From Candidatus Thorarchaeota archaeon (GTDB lineage Archaea > Asgardarchaeota > Thorarchaeia > Thorarchaeales > Thorarchaeaceae): 64,000 nucleotides of DNA. A program made the position numbers and the translations under genes. Under the pieces are notes generated by a model that worked only from the letters and a program-made list of their open reading frames with translations, searched no databases and had not been told where the DNA came from. Positions 48,653 to 58,668 of this stretch are shown here, piece by piece (the stretch's first letter is position 1; each line of letters starts with the position of its first letter). The stretch spans positions 6,675-70,674 of the forward strand of contig PRDI01000129.1 in assembly GCA_003345595.1 (NCBI GenBank), given 5' to 3'.

Positions 48653-49330
48653 TCGTACATCATTCGAAGTGAGTCTACACCTCAAGACCTCAGAACGCTT
48701 GCAGTAAGCACAAGTCCGGACCTTACTGGGACGCCCAAGACCAGCGACAGATCTTAAGCTACAGGCAGTTACGTCACGGCTGCTCAGTACACGAAAAAGC
48801 GCTTCATCCTTCTGTTGGTCGCTCAACAGTCCTTGTTCTGGGTAAAGGTGATGGTGGGTCAGGAATTGGACTGAACACGATGGCCAAGCTAGTTGCACGA
48901 GGCGCGTAAGGGCTCGACATAGGTCCTCTGTCTTGTATCATCACAGCTTCAATCGCGGCCACGTCAGTCGATAACACATTGACCGTTTTGCTCGTCTTCG
49001 TCCTTCATGATCGTTTCTATGCCGCAGCGCTCTGGTGCTGACGAGCTGGCTTGATCACAGGTTTCATCTGAAGAGCAAGGACTTGATCCTGGTCACCTTG
49101 GTATTCATTTGTGCCCACCCAGTCTTCAGGATCGCCATCCTTGTTGACAATAGTGTCCTTCCCTTGCCCTTTCTGCTACTGGCCCTGCAAGAGGAAACTC
49201 AGCGGCGCCGGCCGCAGATGACTGGCTTCCTACTCTGATTGGCGTCATGCTTTCACATACAGCCTATCTTCCTTATCGCCAAGTGCTCCTGTGAGTTCGG
49301 CCACGCCGGAGTAGAGGACTGTTTCCATGC

Positions 49331-49702
49331 TCAGAGTCGGCCGATGAGTTTGAGCGCGGTCCTGGAAACGTCAATGGCGGCTAGCTCGGGAACAGAATCG
49401 GCAGTAGCCCACGCCATCAACCATGTCTTCCCCTCAACTAGCGCCATGAGAAAGTGCCCATTGTTCTGTGACGTCGCTACATAAGACCCGGGACTAGACG
49501 CAATCCTGCTGTACTTCACACCATTGGCAAGGATAGAGGCTGCAGCGGTTTCGGCCGCAGTCGTGAGCTCACGTCCATCCTCAACCAGTGACCAGTTGCT
49601 CGTCTGCCACAATATGGTACCGTCTCTGCACACTGCAAACGCCTGAATCTTTGGGTTGTTCTGGAACAGGTTCTTCCACTCTTCATCAATGACCGTTGAC
49701 AT
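49331..49702 (-). CDS. Asgard-type profilin (copy 2)
   Basis: AFAVCRDGTILWQTSNWSL...ANGVKYSRI...ATSQNNGHFLM, matching the Loki-profilin pattern (QTENW, GIKY, GH) as recalled; 123 aa. Confidence 0.8.
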   Translation of the reverse strand: MSTVIDEEWKNLFQNNPKIQAFAVCRDGTILWQTSNWSLVEDGRELTTAAETAAASILANGVKYSRIASSPGSYVATSQNNGHFLMALVEGKTWLMAWATADSVPELAAIDVSRTALKLIGRL

Positions 49703-49756
49703 GGGTGAGGCCGCCTAAGAGCTAGCCAGTCAGACGTAACGCCGCCTGCCGCTCAA

Positions 49757-50149
49757 TCACGCTCGAATCTTACCCTTCAGGAACTTCGCCGAGCGGTCTA
49801 CGTCGACGTATATCCCGTCAGGAGTAGCACTTGCGTTCGCCCAAGCAACGACCCACTTATCGCCTTCAATCCTGACGAGCACAAGAGTGCCGTTGCCTGC
49901 GGCACTTCGCGCAACAAGACTGTCAGGGTTCGATCTCATGGTGCTGTACTTTACTTGGTTCTGGATCACGCTCGCCGCCTTCTGGGCCACAGCCGAAACG
50001 AGAGCCTTAGCATCCTTAGACAGGTCCCAGTTGTTGGTCTGCCAGAGGACCTGTCCATTAGCATTGACCACACCAAAGGCCTGAATCATGTGTCCTGAGT
50101 CATTATAGGCCCGGGTGTAAGCTTCCATCACGACTTGATTGTATGACAC
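49757..50149 (-). CDS. Asgard-type profilin (copy 1)
   Basis: AFGVVNANGQVLWQTNNWDLSKD...NQVKYSTMR...GNGTLVL...WVVAWA; 130 aa; TTTAAG/TTAAAT box at about 50205. Confidence 0.8.
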   Translation of the reverse strand: MSYNQVVMEAYTRAYNDSGHMIQAFGVVNANGQVLWQTNNWDLSKDAKALVSAVAQKAASVIQNQVKYSTMRSNPDSLVARSAAGNGTLVLVRIEGDKWVVAWANASATPDGIYVDVDRSAKFLKGKIRA

Positions 50150-50278
50150 TCTGCATTCACCCCGTTGGACTCTGTGTTCTGTGAAGCAGTTAGCAGGATA
50201 CCTGATTTAAGATAATCTTGATGGTCCTCCACAGAGCCTTGGAGCATGCTCTTATGCAGGGACATACACGCCCTCATT

Positions 50279-50590
50279 GTGACTGACAAGGCAATCTGGG
50301 AAACGAGTGAGGGCATCATGATTAGAGTGCTTGTCAAGCCCAGAAGCAGAACGATTAGACTCATTGAAGAGATAAGCGAAGCAGGGGTGCTCGTTAACCT
50401 GAAAGAACCCGCGAGGGAGGGCAAGGCCAATTCTGAGCTTGTCAAACGGCTCGCAAAGGCGCTGAGTGTTTCGTCCAGTGATGTAGCCATCGTTGCTGGA
50501 TACGGAACAAGAGAGAAAATTGTGCGTATTAGAGGGCAAAGTCAGGCAGAGGTGCAAGAGCTTCTTCTCAAGGCCACGAGGAGTCAATGA
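50279..50590 (+). CDS. DUF167 (YggU/UPF0235) protein
   Basis: VLVKPRS...EPAREGKANSELVKRLAKAL.V....V.IVAG..TREK. Confidence 0.9.
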   Translation: MTDKAIWETSEGIMIRVLVKPRSRTIRLIEEISEAGVLVNLKEPAREGKANSELVKRLAKALSVSSSDVAIVAGYGTREKIVRIRGQSQAEVQELLLKATRSQ

Positions 50591-50688
50591 ACCATGAAAT
50601 ATGGTGCCTGCCGCCCCGATTATTCCAACATCTATATCACACTGCTTTTTGTGCCCGATGTTGTTGGAATGACCTCGGAGGCCAAGCC

Positions 50689-52947
50689 TTGATCGCTGAC
50701 CACAAAACTACGAGAATACTTCTCACGGCCCTATTCTCTGCAGGGCTGTTCTACTGTGGGCTAGTCATTTCCAGCAGTCGTTTCGATATATGGATTGGCG
50801 CCTCGATAGTCGTGGGACTGCTACTTGTTTGCCTGTCCCTCTTCATGGGGCCTCCGACCAACAAGGGACTCATCTCGCTGGCTGTTGTGGGACTTGCCCT
50901 TTTCCTTGCTGCATTCATCCTTGGGCCTCCATCAGAGGTGCCCCTGATAACGACAGCAGAGATTGCCGTCTATATCATGGCAATGACAGAGTCGAAGTTT
51001 CCCCTCACTAAGCGGGCATTGGTCACGGGGATTGTCGTTGGAGTGATCATGACCTTTCTTGGTGTGTACCTGATGCTCAAGCTTGGCGTGGTCTATTTCA
51101 TAGGTGCAGAGATGATGGGGGCAATCATTCTCAGCACTCGGGGTAAATACACCAAGGAAGAGAACACGATCGTCGTCGCAATCGCTAATGGTTCCTCAAT
51201 GATATGCGCAGGGATTCTCATCACGCTGCCCGCGTTAGTCATCTACGAAACCCAGTACAAGCCCCCACTTGAACCCTCTATTGCTCCCGCTCTCCTCACA
51301 CTTCCGTTTATCGCCTTTCTCATAGGCACAAGTGCACTCTTCGGCATCATGCTTCTTGTGCCATTCAGGAGTCACTTCGAGAAGCAACCTTGGCCTCAGC
51401 TCAGACCACAGGCAGAAATCATAATCTCAATGGGAGCTGATAAGACTGCGAAGAAGGACGTATTGGTTGGTCTAGGGGGTTCTGCTTCGTATGTAGGGGC
51501 GACAAAGATTGTAGAGCAGGCCACAGGAGCAGCTCTGGGATCTGTCCCAACTGCGTTCAGGACCCTCGTCCCGGCCACGGGGTTAATCCCTGATTGGATT
51601 GGCTTGAGTAACTCACCTCTTATCGCTGCCATTGGATTCTTTGTCGGATGGAAACGAGCACTTGTCCTCCTTCTAGGTAGCACAATCTCGCTCACAGTCT
51701 GGCTAATCTTAGAATTCGCCCCCCTTGAAGGCATCGGCGCACACCTGCAGCGCCCTGAGATTCTCTACCTAGTCTTTGGCGTGTTCGCGGCAGTCATCGT
51801 TTCCGGAATCACATCAGCTAGGCAGAAGAAGACAGCTATTCAGGAACCAAGATCAACCGTCAGAGATGAAGAAACACGCGAAACAGGAGCCGAATCAGAG
51901 GAGCCATCGAAAGAGATGCCATCAAAGCGCGTTGAGGTGCCGAAGCTCATGCGTCTGAAAGAAGAACTCATGTCTGTTGACACGATTCTGCATGACATTA
52001 GAGAGATAGCCGCAGATCCGCAGGGGTTCTTGAAGAGCAGACGAGGACAAGTACCTCCATGGATTGCACTGGTTTCGATGCTCATGTACATGGCAATCGG
52101 CATCGTATTCTTCTGGGTCATCACTCCCTTCGCAGGACTTCAGATCCAGTGGGCTCTCACCATGCTTGGTCCGCCAGTGGCCCTACTCTCCGTCTATTTC
52201 ACGGCAAGGGCCATCAGTGAAACCGGAATGTTGGCAGGCTACATATCTGACGTGATGGCAATACCTGCGATTCTCTTGTTTCGAGTGTCATTCGCAGCTA
52301 TCACGACCTTCATGACAATGATAGGTGCGTTTCAGGACGCGGCCATAGCGTTTCTCGTTCATCTCAGGTTAGGAACTTTCACCGGCGTGAGGGGTAGGGA
52401 CATATTCAAGGCCATATCTGTGGCAGCCATACTTGGGACATCCGTCGGTTCCTTCATCATCTTTGGAGTCTACAAGATCTATGGTTTCGGCGGTACTGAG
52501 TTCCCTTGTCCTATAGCGCAATTGTTCGTCATACTTGTGACAAGCTTGATGGGTCTAGGCAACCTTCAACTCCCTTACGTTGACAGGCTTGTGCAATTGC
52601 ACCCCGCCTTGGCAAATCCCGAACTGGCCCTCATCTACGTGTTGGCCTTCACCATGTTTGGATACCTTCTGAGCAGGCAGCTCTTAAGGGTCGGACTAAG
52701 CCCCATTACTCTGGCAGTGGGTCTTCTGATTCCCCCCGCGACAACTGCAACGATGATGATTGGTGCTTTGATAGACTACAAAGCCAAGAAGCGTCAACAG
52801 CAACCAGAGAAAGTAGACATGATGCAGATAACAACTCAGAGCCCTGAGTACAACAAGACGTCTCGCCTACTGAGCGGTGTTGTGTCTGGCGAGGCGATAG
52901 TGATAGCACTCTGGGCGCTGAGCAGCGCCATGCTCTTGTTCATCTAG
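50689..52947 (+). CDS. OPT (oligopeptide transporter / YSL) family membrane protein
   Basis: LTKRALVTG, YLMLKLG, EENTIV..IA, ARAISETG, FPCPIAQ, AVGLLIP, SGVVSGEA. Confidence 0.8.
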   Translation: MIADHKTTRILLTALFSAGLFYCGLVISSSRFDIWIGASIVVGLLLVCLSLFMGPPTNKGLISLAVVGLALFLAAFILGPPSEVPLITTAEIAVYIMAMTESKFPLTKRALVTGIVVGVIMTFLGVYLMLKLGVVYFIGAEMMGAIILSTRGKYTKEENTIVVAIANGSSMICAGILITLPALVIYETQYKPPLEPSIAPALLTLPFIAFLIGTSALFGIMLLVPFRSHFEKQPWPQLRPQAEIIISMGADKTAKKDVLVGLGGSASYVGATKIVEQATGAALGSVPTAFRTLVPATGLIPDWIGLSNSPLIAAIGFFVGWKRALVLLLGSTISLTVWLILEFAPLEGIGAHLQRPEILYLVFGVFAAVIVSGITSARQKKTAIQEPRSTVRDEETRETGAESEEPSKEMPSKRVEVPKLMRLKEELMSVDTILHDIREIAADPQGFLKSRRGQVPPWIALVSMLMYMAIGIVFFWVITPFAGLQIQWALTMLGPPVALLSVYFTARAISETGMLAGYISDVMAIPAILLFRVSFAAITTFMTMIGAFQDAAIAFLVHLRLGTFTGVRGRDIFKAISVAAILGTSVGSFIIFGVYKIYGFGGTEFPCPIAQLFVILVTSLMGLGNLQLPYVDRLVQLHPALANPELALIYVLAFTMFGYLLSRQLLRVGLSPITLAVGLLIPPATTATMMIGALIDYKAKKRQQQPEKVDMMQITTQSPEYNKTSRLLSGVVSGEAIVIALWALSSAMLLFI

Positions 52948-53039
52948 TTTGCCTGTCCAATACACTGTGCCAGTTTCCACAGGAACTAGGAGTCCATGCC
53001 AACCGCCCATTCGGGTGAACGGACAGTCTGTTGGGTTTG

Positions 53040-54422
53040 TCACTCCCGGGCCACGTCTTCAATGGCCCGATCCCATTCGTCTTTTTCTTCGGACTCTCCG
53101 CGACGCTTCCTACGAACATGCGTCCGTTCCCTTCTCGCTTTCTCTGCTTTCTTCTTCTTCTGCTTCATCTCTCGCTTTTCCCGTTTCAGCTCCTGTTTCT
53201 GCTCCTTGGTCAGATTCCCTTCTATTTCGACTTCTCTCTTGACAATACTTCCAATCAGCATCGCAGCGAAAGGAAACAAGGCCACTACGGGAACCAAGAA
53301 CAGAAGCATGAACTCCGGCTGCAAGAGCTCCACACTATTGGCTATCCCCGTAGGAAGGTTAAGTAATGCCACAAAGACCCACGGGTTCATCAACAGAAAG
53401 GAAACACCGACTACTGCCATGAGACGGATTGCCGAACCAGTTACAGCCGATCTGATGACATAGCTCTCTGACGGCGCAGCCGCCTTGGCTGTCAGTTCAT
53501 CCTTGGCTGCAGGGTCATTACGAAGCAGTTCGTCAACAAAATGCTGCAGGCGTCGCACATCTGCTACAGCATCCATATTCTCAAGAGCATCTTTGGTGCC
53601 GACGACCTTCCTTTCAATCGCTTCACGGAGAAACGAAAAGGCCGTCGCTCCAGAGGACCGACTCATGGCGGTTGTGCTGACTTTCTCGCCCCTCTCCATC
53701 CTGTCTTGCTTTCGAGTGGCCATGCGCAGCGCCAAGAGCTGCTTCTTCAGAGTCTCTTCCCTTTCCTCTATGGGCTTGCCAACGGAGTGACTGTATATCA
53801 TCTGGTAGCTCGATTCCAGATAGGCGAATGATACAAGTGCAAGTATCTGTGCCTTGCTGACTAGGAACTCGTAGAAGTCGGTTGGAAAAACCTCGTAGTT
53901 GGGAATAGCTACGTCCCTGAAAGCAGCTATGACCAGTATCAACTGAATAGATATGAAAGCGCCAATCACGAACTTGTGGTCCATCCGGACAAGCGACTGT
54001 AGGAACAAGGCAATACCTACTGCGGCACATAGGAAATAGAGAAACGTGAAGGTCTGGTTCCAGAGGGTCATTAGTATCCCAATGAAGTCATTCATGAATG
54101 ATGTGAACACCTCATTCACATTCATCATGGGGCCTGAAACACCGTAGGGCTGCATGTACCAGAAACGAAGAATGAGTGTGTTGTACAGGCCCCCCACAAG
54201 GTTGTTCAGAACCTGACCACCGAGAAGAGGGGACGCGACACCATTCACAATCATGATTGCTAGAAAGAACATGATCAGCGAAAGGAGTCTGAATACGGTC
54301 ACTATGTATTCATAGGGTATGCCCCAGTCCCACCTCCCAGACATTATGCTATAGACTGTGTACGACAGGTAAACGAAGGTCGCCACAGAAACAACACGCA
54401 GAATCCAAGTGACGACTCTCAA
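53040..54422 (-). CDS. polytopic membrane protein, last gene of the MoxR operon
   Basis: TTG start overlapping the DUF58 stop; about 7 TM, cytoplasmic helical insert, Lys/Arg/Glu-rich tail. Confidence 0.8.
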   Translation of the reverse strand: MRVVTWILRVVSVATFVYLSYTVYSIMSGRWDWGIPYEYIVTVFRLLSLIMFFLAIMIVNGVASPLLGGQVLNNLVGGLYNTLILRFWYMQPYGVSGPMMNVNEVFTSFMNDFIGILMTLWNQTFTFLYFLCAAVGIALFLQSLVRMDHKFVIGAFISIQLILVIAAFRDVAIPNYEVFPTDFYEFLVSKAQILALVSFAYLESSYQMIYSHSVGKPIEEREETLKKQLLALRMATRKQDRMERGEKVSTTAMSRSSGATAFSFLREAIERKVVGTKDALENMDAVADVRRLQHFVDELLRNDPAAKDELTAKAAAPSESYVIRSAVTGSAIRLMAVVGVSFLLMNPWVFVALLNLPTGIANSVELLQPEFMLLFLVPVVALFPFAAMLIGSIVKREVEIEGNLTKEQKQELKREKREMKQKKKKAEKARRERTHVRRKRRGESEEKDEWDRAIEDVARE

Positions 54423-55741
54423 TGAAGTGCCACACCCCTCTGCTTTGCAGCATTGTACTGATGGATGATTGCTGGGAGGAAGTCTTCTGGACCCACATTG
54501 ACAACTTCGATGCCAAACCGTGAAAGTGCTCGAGAAATCTTGACGCGCCGCTCCCACAGCTCCTCTGAAACGGCCTCCGAGAGGACTCTCTCAACCGGTC
54601 CAAACTGTCCTACTGGTGCTTCAAACCAGGGACCGAACGGACTGATGACCACGGCCCTGTGTCCGTTTGCCACGACTGCCTTCATTGCATTCAGCAATGG
54701 ACCGGGCGATTCTTCTAAGTCTGTAAGAAAGAAGAAGAGGGATCGTTTCCTAGTCTGACTAGTCACGTGTGACACGGCCGTTTCGTAGTCGCTCCAACCC
54801 ATTGGCTCGGCCATCGCTAGAGCATCAAGCACCTCGTACATGTGGTCAGGCTTTGTGTTTGGTGGGACGTAGTTGTGAACAACGTCTGAGAACACACACA
54901 CCCCCACTAGGTCCTTCCTCTCAAGCCCCATGTATGTGAGTAAGACCGCTGCTCTGATGCCGTATTCAAGCTTGGTGTTTTCTGGGTAGCCATTGCCCAT
55001 GCTCCCAGATGAGTCAACCATGCAGATGAACTGAACATTCTTCTCTTCCTCATACTGCTTGACCATCATCTCTCCTCGCTTTGCAGTCGTCTTCCAGTCA
55101 ATGAGCTTGAACGGATCACCGGGCACGTACTCTCTGAACCCAGCGAACTCAGTGCCCATTCCGACAACCTTAGTCTTGTGAGAGCCGAACATGAGCCCGA
55201 GCTGACGTTGTTTGCCTATGGTTTCCAAGCGGCGCACATCTTTCCAGGTCGGATAGACTAAGATCTCGGTCCTAGCCTTCACGGTTCGCTTGTAGTAGTG
55301 GAGTCCAAGCCGGTCACGCATGATGACCTCTGTGGGACCGAGATAGTAGCGACCTCGCATCCTGGCCTGCAAGATGTAAGAGAATGCGATACTGCTGCCG
55401 GCTTCAATGCGGGAGGCCATGAAGTTCTCGCCTATAGCCAGTATCCATGTTTCGGGGTATTGATCCCAGACTTCGATGAAGTCGAAGTTGCGGCGCGAGG
55501 TATTACGGATAGTCACACGCACCCGGAGGAAATCACCAGAGAAGACCTTGGTCTTGTCAATCTTCCGATCAACCTCGATGCCAGAGAGGTTGGCAGTCAC
55601 TGCAAACAGGGGAAGTGTGACCACTAGACCTACTATCAGATATACGCCAAGAAGAATGAGATAGAAGTTGAAAAAGGAAAAACCACTTGTCAGAAACAGT
55701 ATTCCCGCGAACAGGACAGTAAATCCTCTCTGAGTTATCAA
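54419..55741 (-). CDS. DUF58 (vWA-like) protein
   Basis: N-terminal TMs; RGRYYLGP, DRLGL, VYP, EFAGFREYVPGD..KLIDWKTTA, DSSGSM. Confidence 0.93.
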   Translation of the reverse strand: MITQRGFTVLFAGILFLTSGFSFFNFYLILLGVYLIVGLVVTLPLFAVTANLSGIEVDRKIDKTKVFSGDFLRVRVTIRNTSRRNFDFIEVWDQYPETWILAIGENFMASRIEAGSSIAFSYILQARMRGRYYLGPTEVIMRDRLGLHYYKRTVKARTEILVYPTWKDVRRLETIGKQRQLGLMFGSHKTKVVGMGTEFAGFREYVPGDPFKLIDWKTTAKRGEMMVKQYEEEKNVQFICMVDSSGSMGNGYPENTKLEYGIRAAVLLTYMGLERKDLVGVCVFSDVVHNYVPPNTKPDHMYEVLDALAMAEPMGWSDYETAVSHVTSQTRKRSLFFFLTDLEESPGPLLNAMKAVVANGHRAVVISPFGPWFEAPVGQFGPVERVLSEAVSEELWERRVKISRALSRFGIEVVNVGPEDFLPAIIHQYNAAKQRGVALH

Positions 55742-55778
55742 TCTCAGTCTTCTCCAGTGTTGTTCCTTTCAGATCTGT

Positions 55779-56768
55779 CTATTTCGGACAATCCACTTCT
55801 CCGAGTATCTTCGAGACAATACGATCTACGCTCAGTCCCTCGAGCTCGGCCTCCGGTTTCATGACGAGTCTGTGATTCAGGGCTTGAACACAGAGCTTCC
55901 GTACGTCCTCTGGGATCACATAATCACGCCCCAACATTGCCGCTCTCGTCTTTGATGCACCCATAAGAACGAGAGAAGCACGAGGAGAGCCACCAAGGAG
56001 TATCTGAGGGTCATTACGGGTACGAACTACGATGTCCCGGATGTAGTTGATTACATCCTCATCCAGGTACACCGTTTTACATGCATTCTGCATCCGGACG
56101 ATGACTGAGGGGTCAGCAAGCACTCTCAGATCTGTCGCCTCACCTTGATGCTTCCTCCGAATCACCTCAGCCTCTTCACTGGGCGTTGGATAGTCCAGTA
56201 CCAGTCGGAACATGAAACGGTCAAGCTGTGCTTCTGGCAGAGGATAGGTACCCTCTTGCTCGACCGGGTTTTGAGTGGCAATTATGAGAAACGGCAGGGG
56301 GAGTTTCCTTGTCACGCCCTCAGTCGAAACCTGTCGTTCCTCCATAACCTCCAACAATGCACTCTGAGACTTCGGGGGACACCGGTTGATTTCATCTGCG
56401 AGCACGAGGTTGGCAAAGACAGGACCCTTGCGGAACCAGAACTCTCCGCTCTTCTGATTGAAGACGTTGCTTCCGAGAATGTCACTCGGGAGAGTATCGA
56501 CGGTCAACTGAATCCGCTTAAAGGCACAACCCAGAATCGATGCGAAAGTACGGGCCATGTAGGTCTTCGCAAGGCCGGGGACTCCCTCCAACACGACATG
56601 TCCATTGGAGAGGAATGCAACCATCGTGTCTCGTAGGATTTCAATCTTGCCAACGATCACTCTTTGACACTCGCGTATTATCTCTGAAGTCAGGTCATGA
56701 ACCTCTGCTATGCTCATGGCCTGTGAAGTGTCGACTTGACTCACTTCCGTTGTTTCTTCTACAGTCAT
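55779..56768 (-). CDS. moxR: MoxR-family AAA+ ATPase
   Basis: LEGVPGLAKT, RIQLTVDTLPSD, DEINR, ATQNPVEQEGTYPLPEAQLDRF, SPRA. Confidence 0.96.
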   Translation of the reverse strand: MTVEETTEVSQVDTSQAMSIAEVHDLTSEIIRECQRVIVGKIEILRDTMVAFLSNGHVVLEGVPGLAKTYMARTFASILGCAFKRIQLTVDTLPSDILGSNVFNQKSGEFWFRKGPVFANLVLADEINRCPPKSQSALLEVMEERQVSTEGVTRKLPLPFLIIATQNPVEQEGTYPLPEAQLDRFMFRLVLDYPTPSEEAEVIRRKHQGEATDLRVLADPSVIVRMQNACKTVYLDEDVINYIRDIVVRTRNDPQILLGGSPRASLVLMGASKTRAAMLGRDYVIPEDVRKLCVQALNHRLVMKPEAELEGLSVDRIVSKILGEVDCPK

Positions 56769-56778
56769 TACTTCTATC

Positions 56779-58185
56779 TCACCTTCTTGATTCAACTAAG
56801 AGCGATGATATATTGTGCATCCAGAAGAAGAGAGTCATCAGCTCGCTCTCTCTGATCTTCATCTTGGGTCTCGAGGATATCTCCTCTATCCTCTCAATCG
56901 TCTTGAAGAACTTGGTTTCATCTAGGCTCGGGTCCTTGTAGCGCATGAGTTCCCACAGCTTCCTTGCATCGTATTCTGACCACATGTGTTTGCGTTTCAG
57001 ATCGCGCTTGAGCTTCCTGTACAGCATCTTCACCACACGTGCATAGTTGCCCTCTGTCCGATAGTAAGTCATGCGCTCGCTGAAGTATGTCTGTCCGCGC
57101 CTTAGGAATACGTCAGACACACTCCTGACCTCTGGCTTCTTCATGTCTGGCAGATACTTCTTGAGACCTATAACAGTCAGTAAGGGATACAACGGAGCAA
57201 AGAAGGGCATCGTACTAAGCCATAGAGCGCGCCCTAGATAGAACCCATAGAAGAACTCTGGTGACTGCCAAGGCACGGCAAGCAGGTTCTCGCAGAAGAC
57301 AACGGGCCATGATGCGTTATATTGAGCCAACCAGTTGATTACATTCGTGCCGAACTGGCGGTTTTGACCGAGGGAGAACATGGTGTTGATGAACACACTT
57401 GGGTCGCTCATCGCGACCAGTCTTCCAGTCGGAGAACCCTGACCACCGAAAGACAGGTCCAGCGCTCCAACGACTGGCATTGAGCCATTCCACTCGTCGC
57501 CATTCGGGTAGGGATTCGGATCTGTTATGTTCGTTTCACACCAAGACCGGGTTGTGGTCCAGGCCACACCTGCCTGACCAAGGACACATAGGGGGTTGAT
57601 CGCCGTTGCCCAGTTCAAATAGAGCTCGTTCACTCCGGCAGTGAGTGCACCCCCATCTAGACCAGTCCTGAAACCACCATTTGCCCTCTTGATCACAGGC
57701 AGCTTCGGGCTCTTAGCATACGAATCTAGGTCGAGGATGACGCCGCCCGTAAAGGAAAGAAACCCTTGCGTCGGAATCGGACCCCCTGACCATGAGCCGG
57801 TGATGAGACTGTTCAATACTTGGAAAGAAGTGTTGGCAGTGCCGAAGTCATCGGCGATGAGAACCCCTCCCCCTGCCATCAGGTGATCGAACAGAGTGAG
57901 CACTGCATCTAATGTGAAGTAGCTGACAGGACCCATGACTACTAGAATTGCAGCACCTTCATACCTCGATATGACGCTCATTGACGACTGGATGGCTAGA
58001 GTGGTGTATCCAGTGTTCTCGATTTCCAGCCGGAAGTCGCTCATCCCGTTCCATTGCTCATTGTAGATGCTGAAATCCTGCGTGTAGGTCTCGCTCACAC
58101 CGAAGACCGTTCCGCCCGCCAGAATGGCAACTGGAAACCAGCTTGCGAAGAACAACAGGATTTGAGCCCATTCCTTCCAGCCCAT
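56779..58185 (-). CDS. DUF4350-like membrane-anchored protein
   Basis: FSIYNEQWNGMSDF, GGGVLIADDFG, SDPSVFINTM, N.QF..N; TM and C-terminal helical domain. Confidence 0.8.
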   Translation of the reverse strand: MGWKEWAQILLFFASWFPVAILAGGTVFGVSETYTQDFSIYNEQWNGMSDFRLEIENTGYTTLAIQSSMSVISRYEGAAILVVMGPVSYFTLDAVLTLFDHLMAGGGVLIADDFGTANTSFQVLNSLITGSWSGGPIPTQGFLSFTGGVILDLDSYAKSPKLPVIKRANGGFRTGLDGGALTAGVNELYLNWATAINPLCVLGQAGVAWTTTRSWCETNITDPNPYPNGDEWNGSMPVVGALDLSFGGQGSPTGRLVAMSDPSVFINTMFSLGQNRQFGTNVINWLAQYNASWPVVFCENLLAVPWQSPEFFYGFYLGRALWLSTMPFFAPLYPLLTVIGLKKYLPDMKKPEVRSVSDVFLRRGQTYFSERMTYYRTEGNYARVVKMLYRKLKRDLKRKHMWSEYDARKLWELMRYKDPSLDETKFFKTIERIEEISSRPKMKIRESELMTLFFWMHNISSLLVESRR

Positions 58186-58209
58186 CTTAGTTCCACCTTG
58201 TGCCTGCGC

Positions 58210-58665
58210 CTAGACAGCCGTTGTGATTGGACTGCCCTCAATCTTGGGGTAAAGGTCAGTGAAGACCCTGATCGCAGACTCATAGCGCTCGCGTGTCATT
58301 TCGTGTTTCGAGAACCGAGCCTCCTCATAGATGGTTGCGAACTCCTCCGCGGCAGTACTGTCCAGAGGCATTATCTTAAGAACGCGCTCAAGATACTCAC
58401 GTGCGGTTTCTGACACCAGACGTTCAGAGCCTGTCTTCGAACCACACATCTGCTCAAATGTGCGATAGGCAAGGGTGATGGCGGCAGCATATTTGCCTGC
58501 ATCAGCCAGCTTCTTTATGTTACGCAGCTTACTAGGGATGTCAACTGCTTTTGTTCCCTCCGGGCGGCGGAACCTGCCTTTGACAAGATAGAGATACAGG
58601 AACACGACAATGATCGCGCCGGTCAGTGCGACACCCGGTAGAATGATGTCAATCAGTCCTTGCAT
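58210..58665 (-). CDS. DUF4129 protein
   Basis: N-terminal TM; AITLAY, SETAREY, IYEEARFSKH. Confidence 0.85.
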   Translation of the reverse strand: MQGLIDIILPGVALTGAIIVVFLYLYLVKGRFRRPEGTKAVDIPSKLRNIKKLADAGKYAAAITLAYRTFEQMCGSKTGSERLVSETAREYLERVLKIMPLDSTAAEEFATIYEEARFSKHEMTRERYESAIRVFTDLYPKIEGSPITTAV

Positions 58666-58668
58666 TGG

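Noticed and set aside
49040-49170. Minus-strand IVNKDGDPEDW as a third decayed profilin
   Set aside because: Only a few residues match, and there is no QTxNW or GxKY motif.
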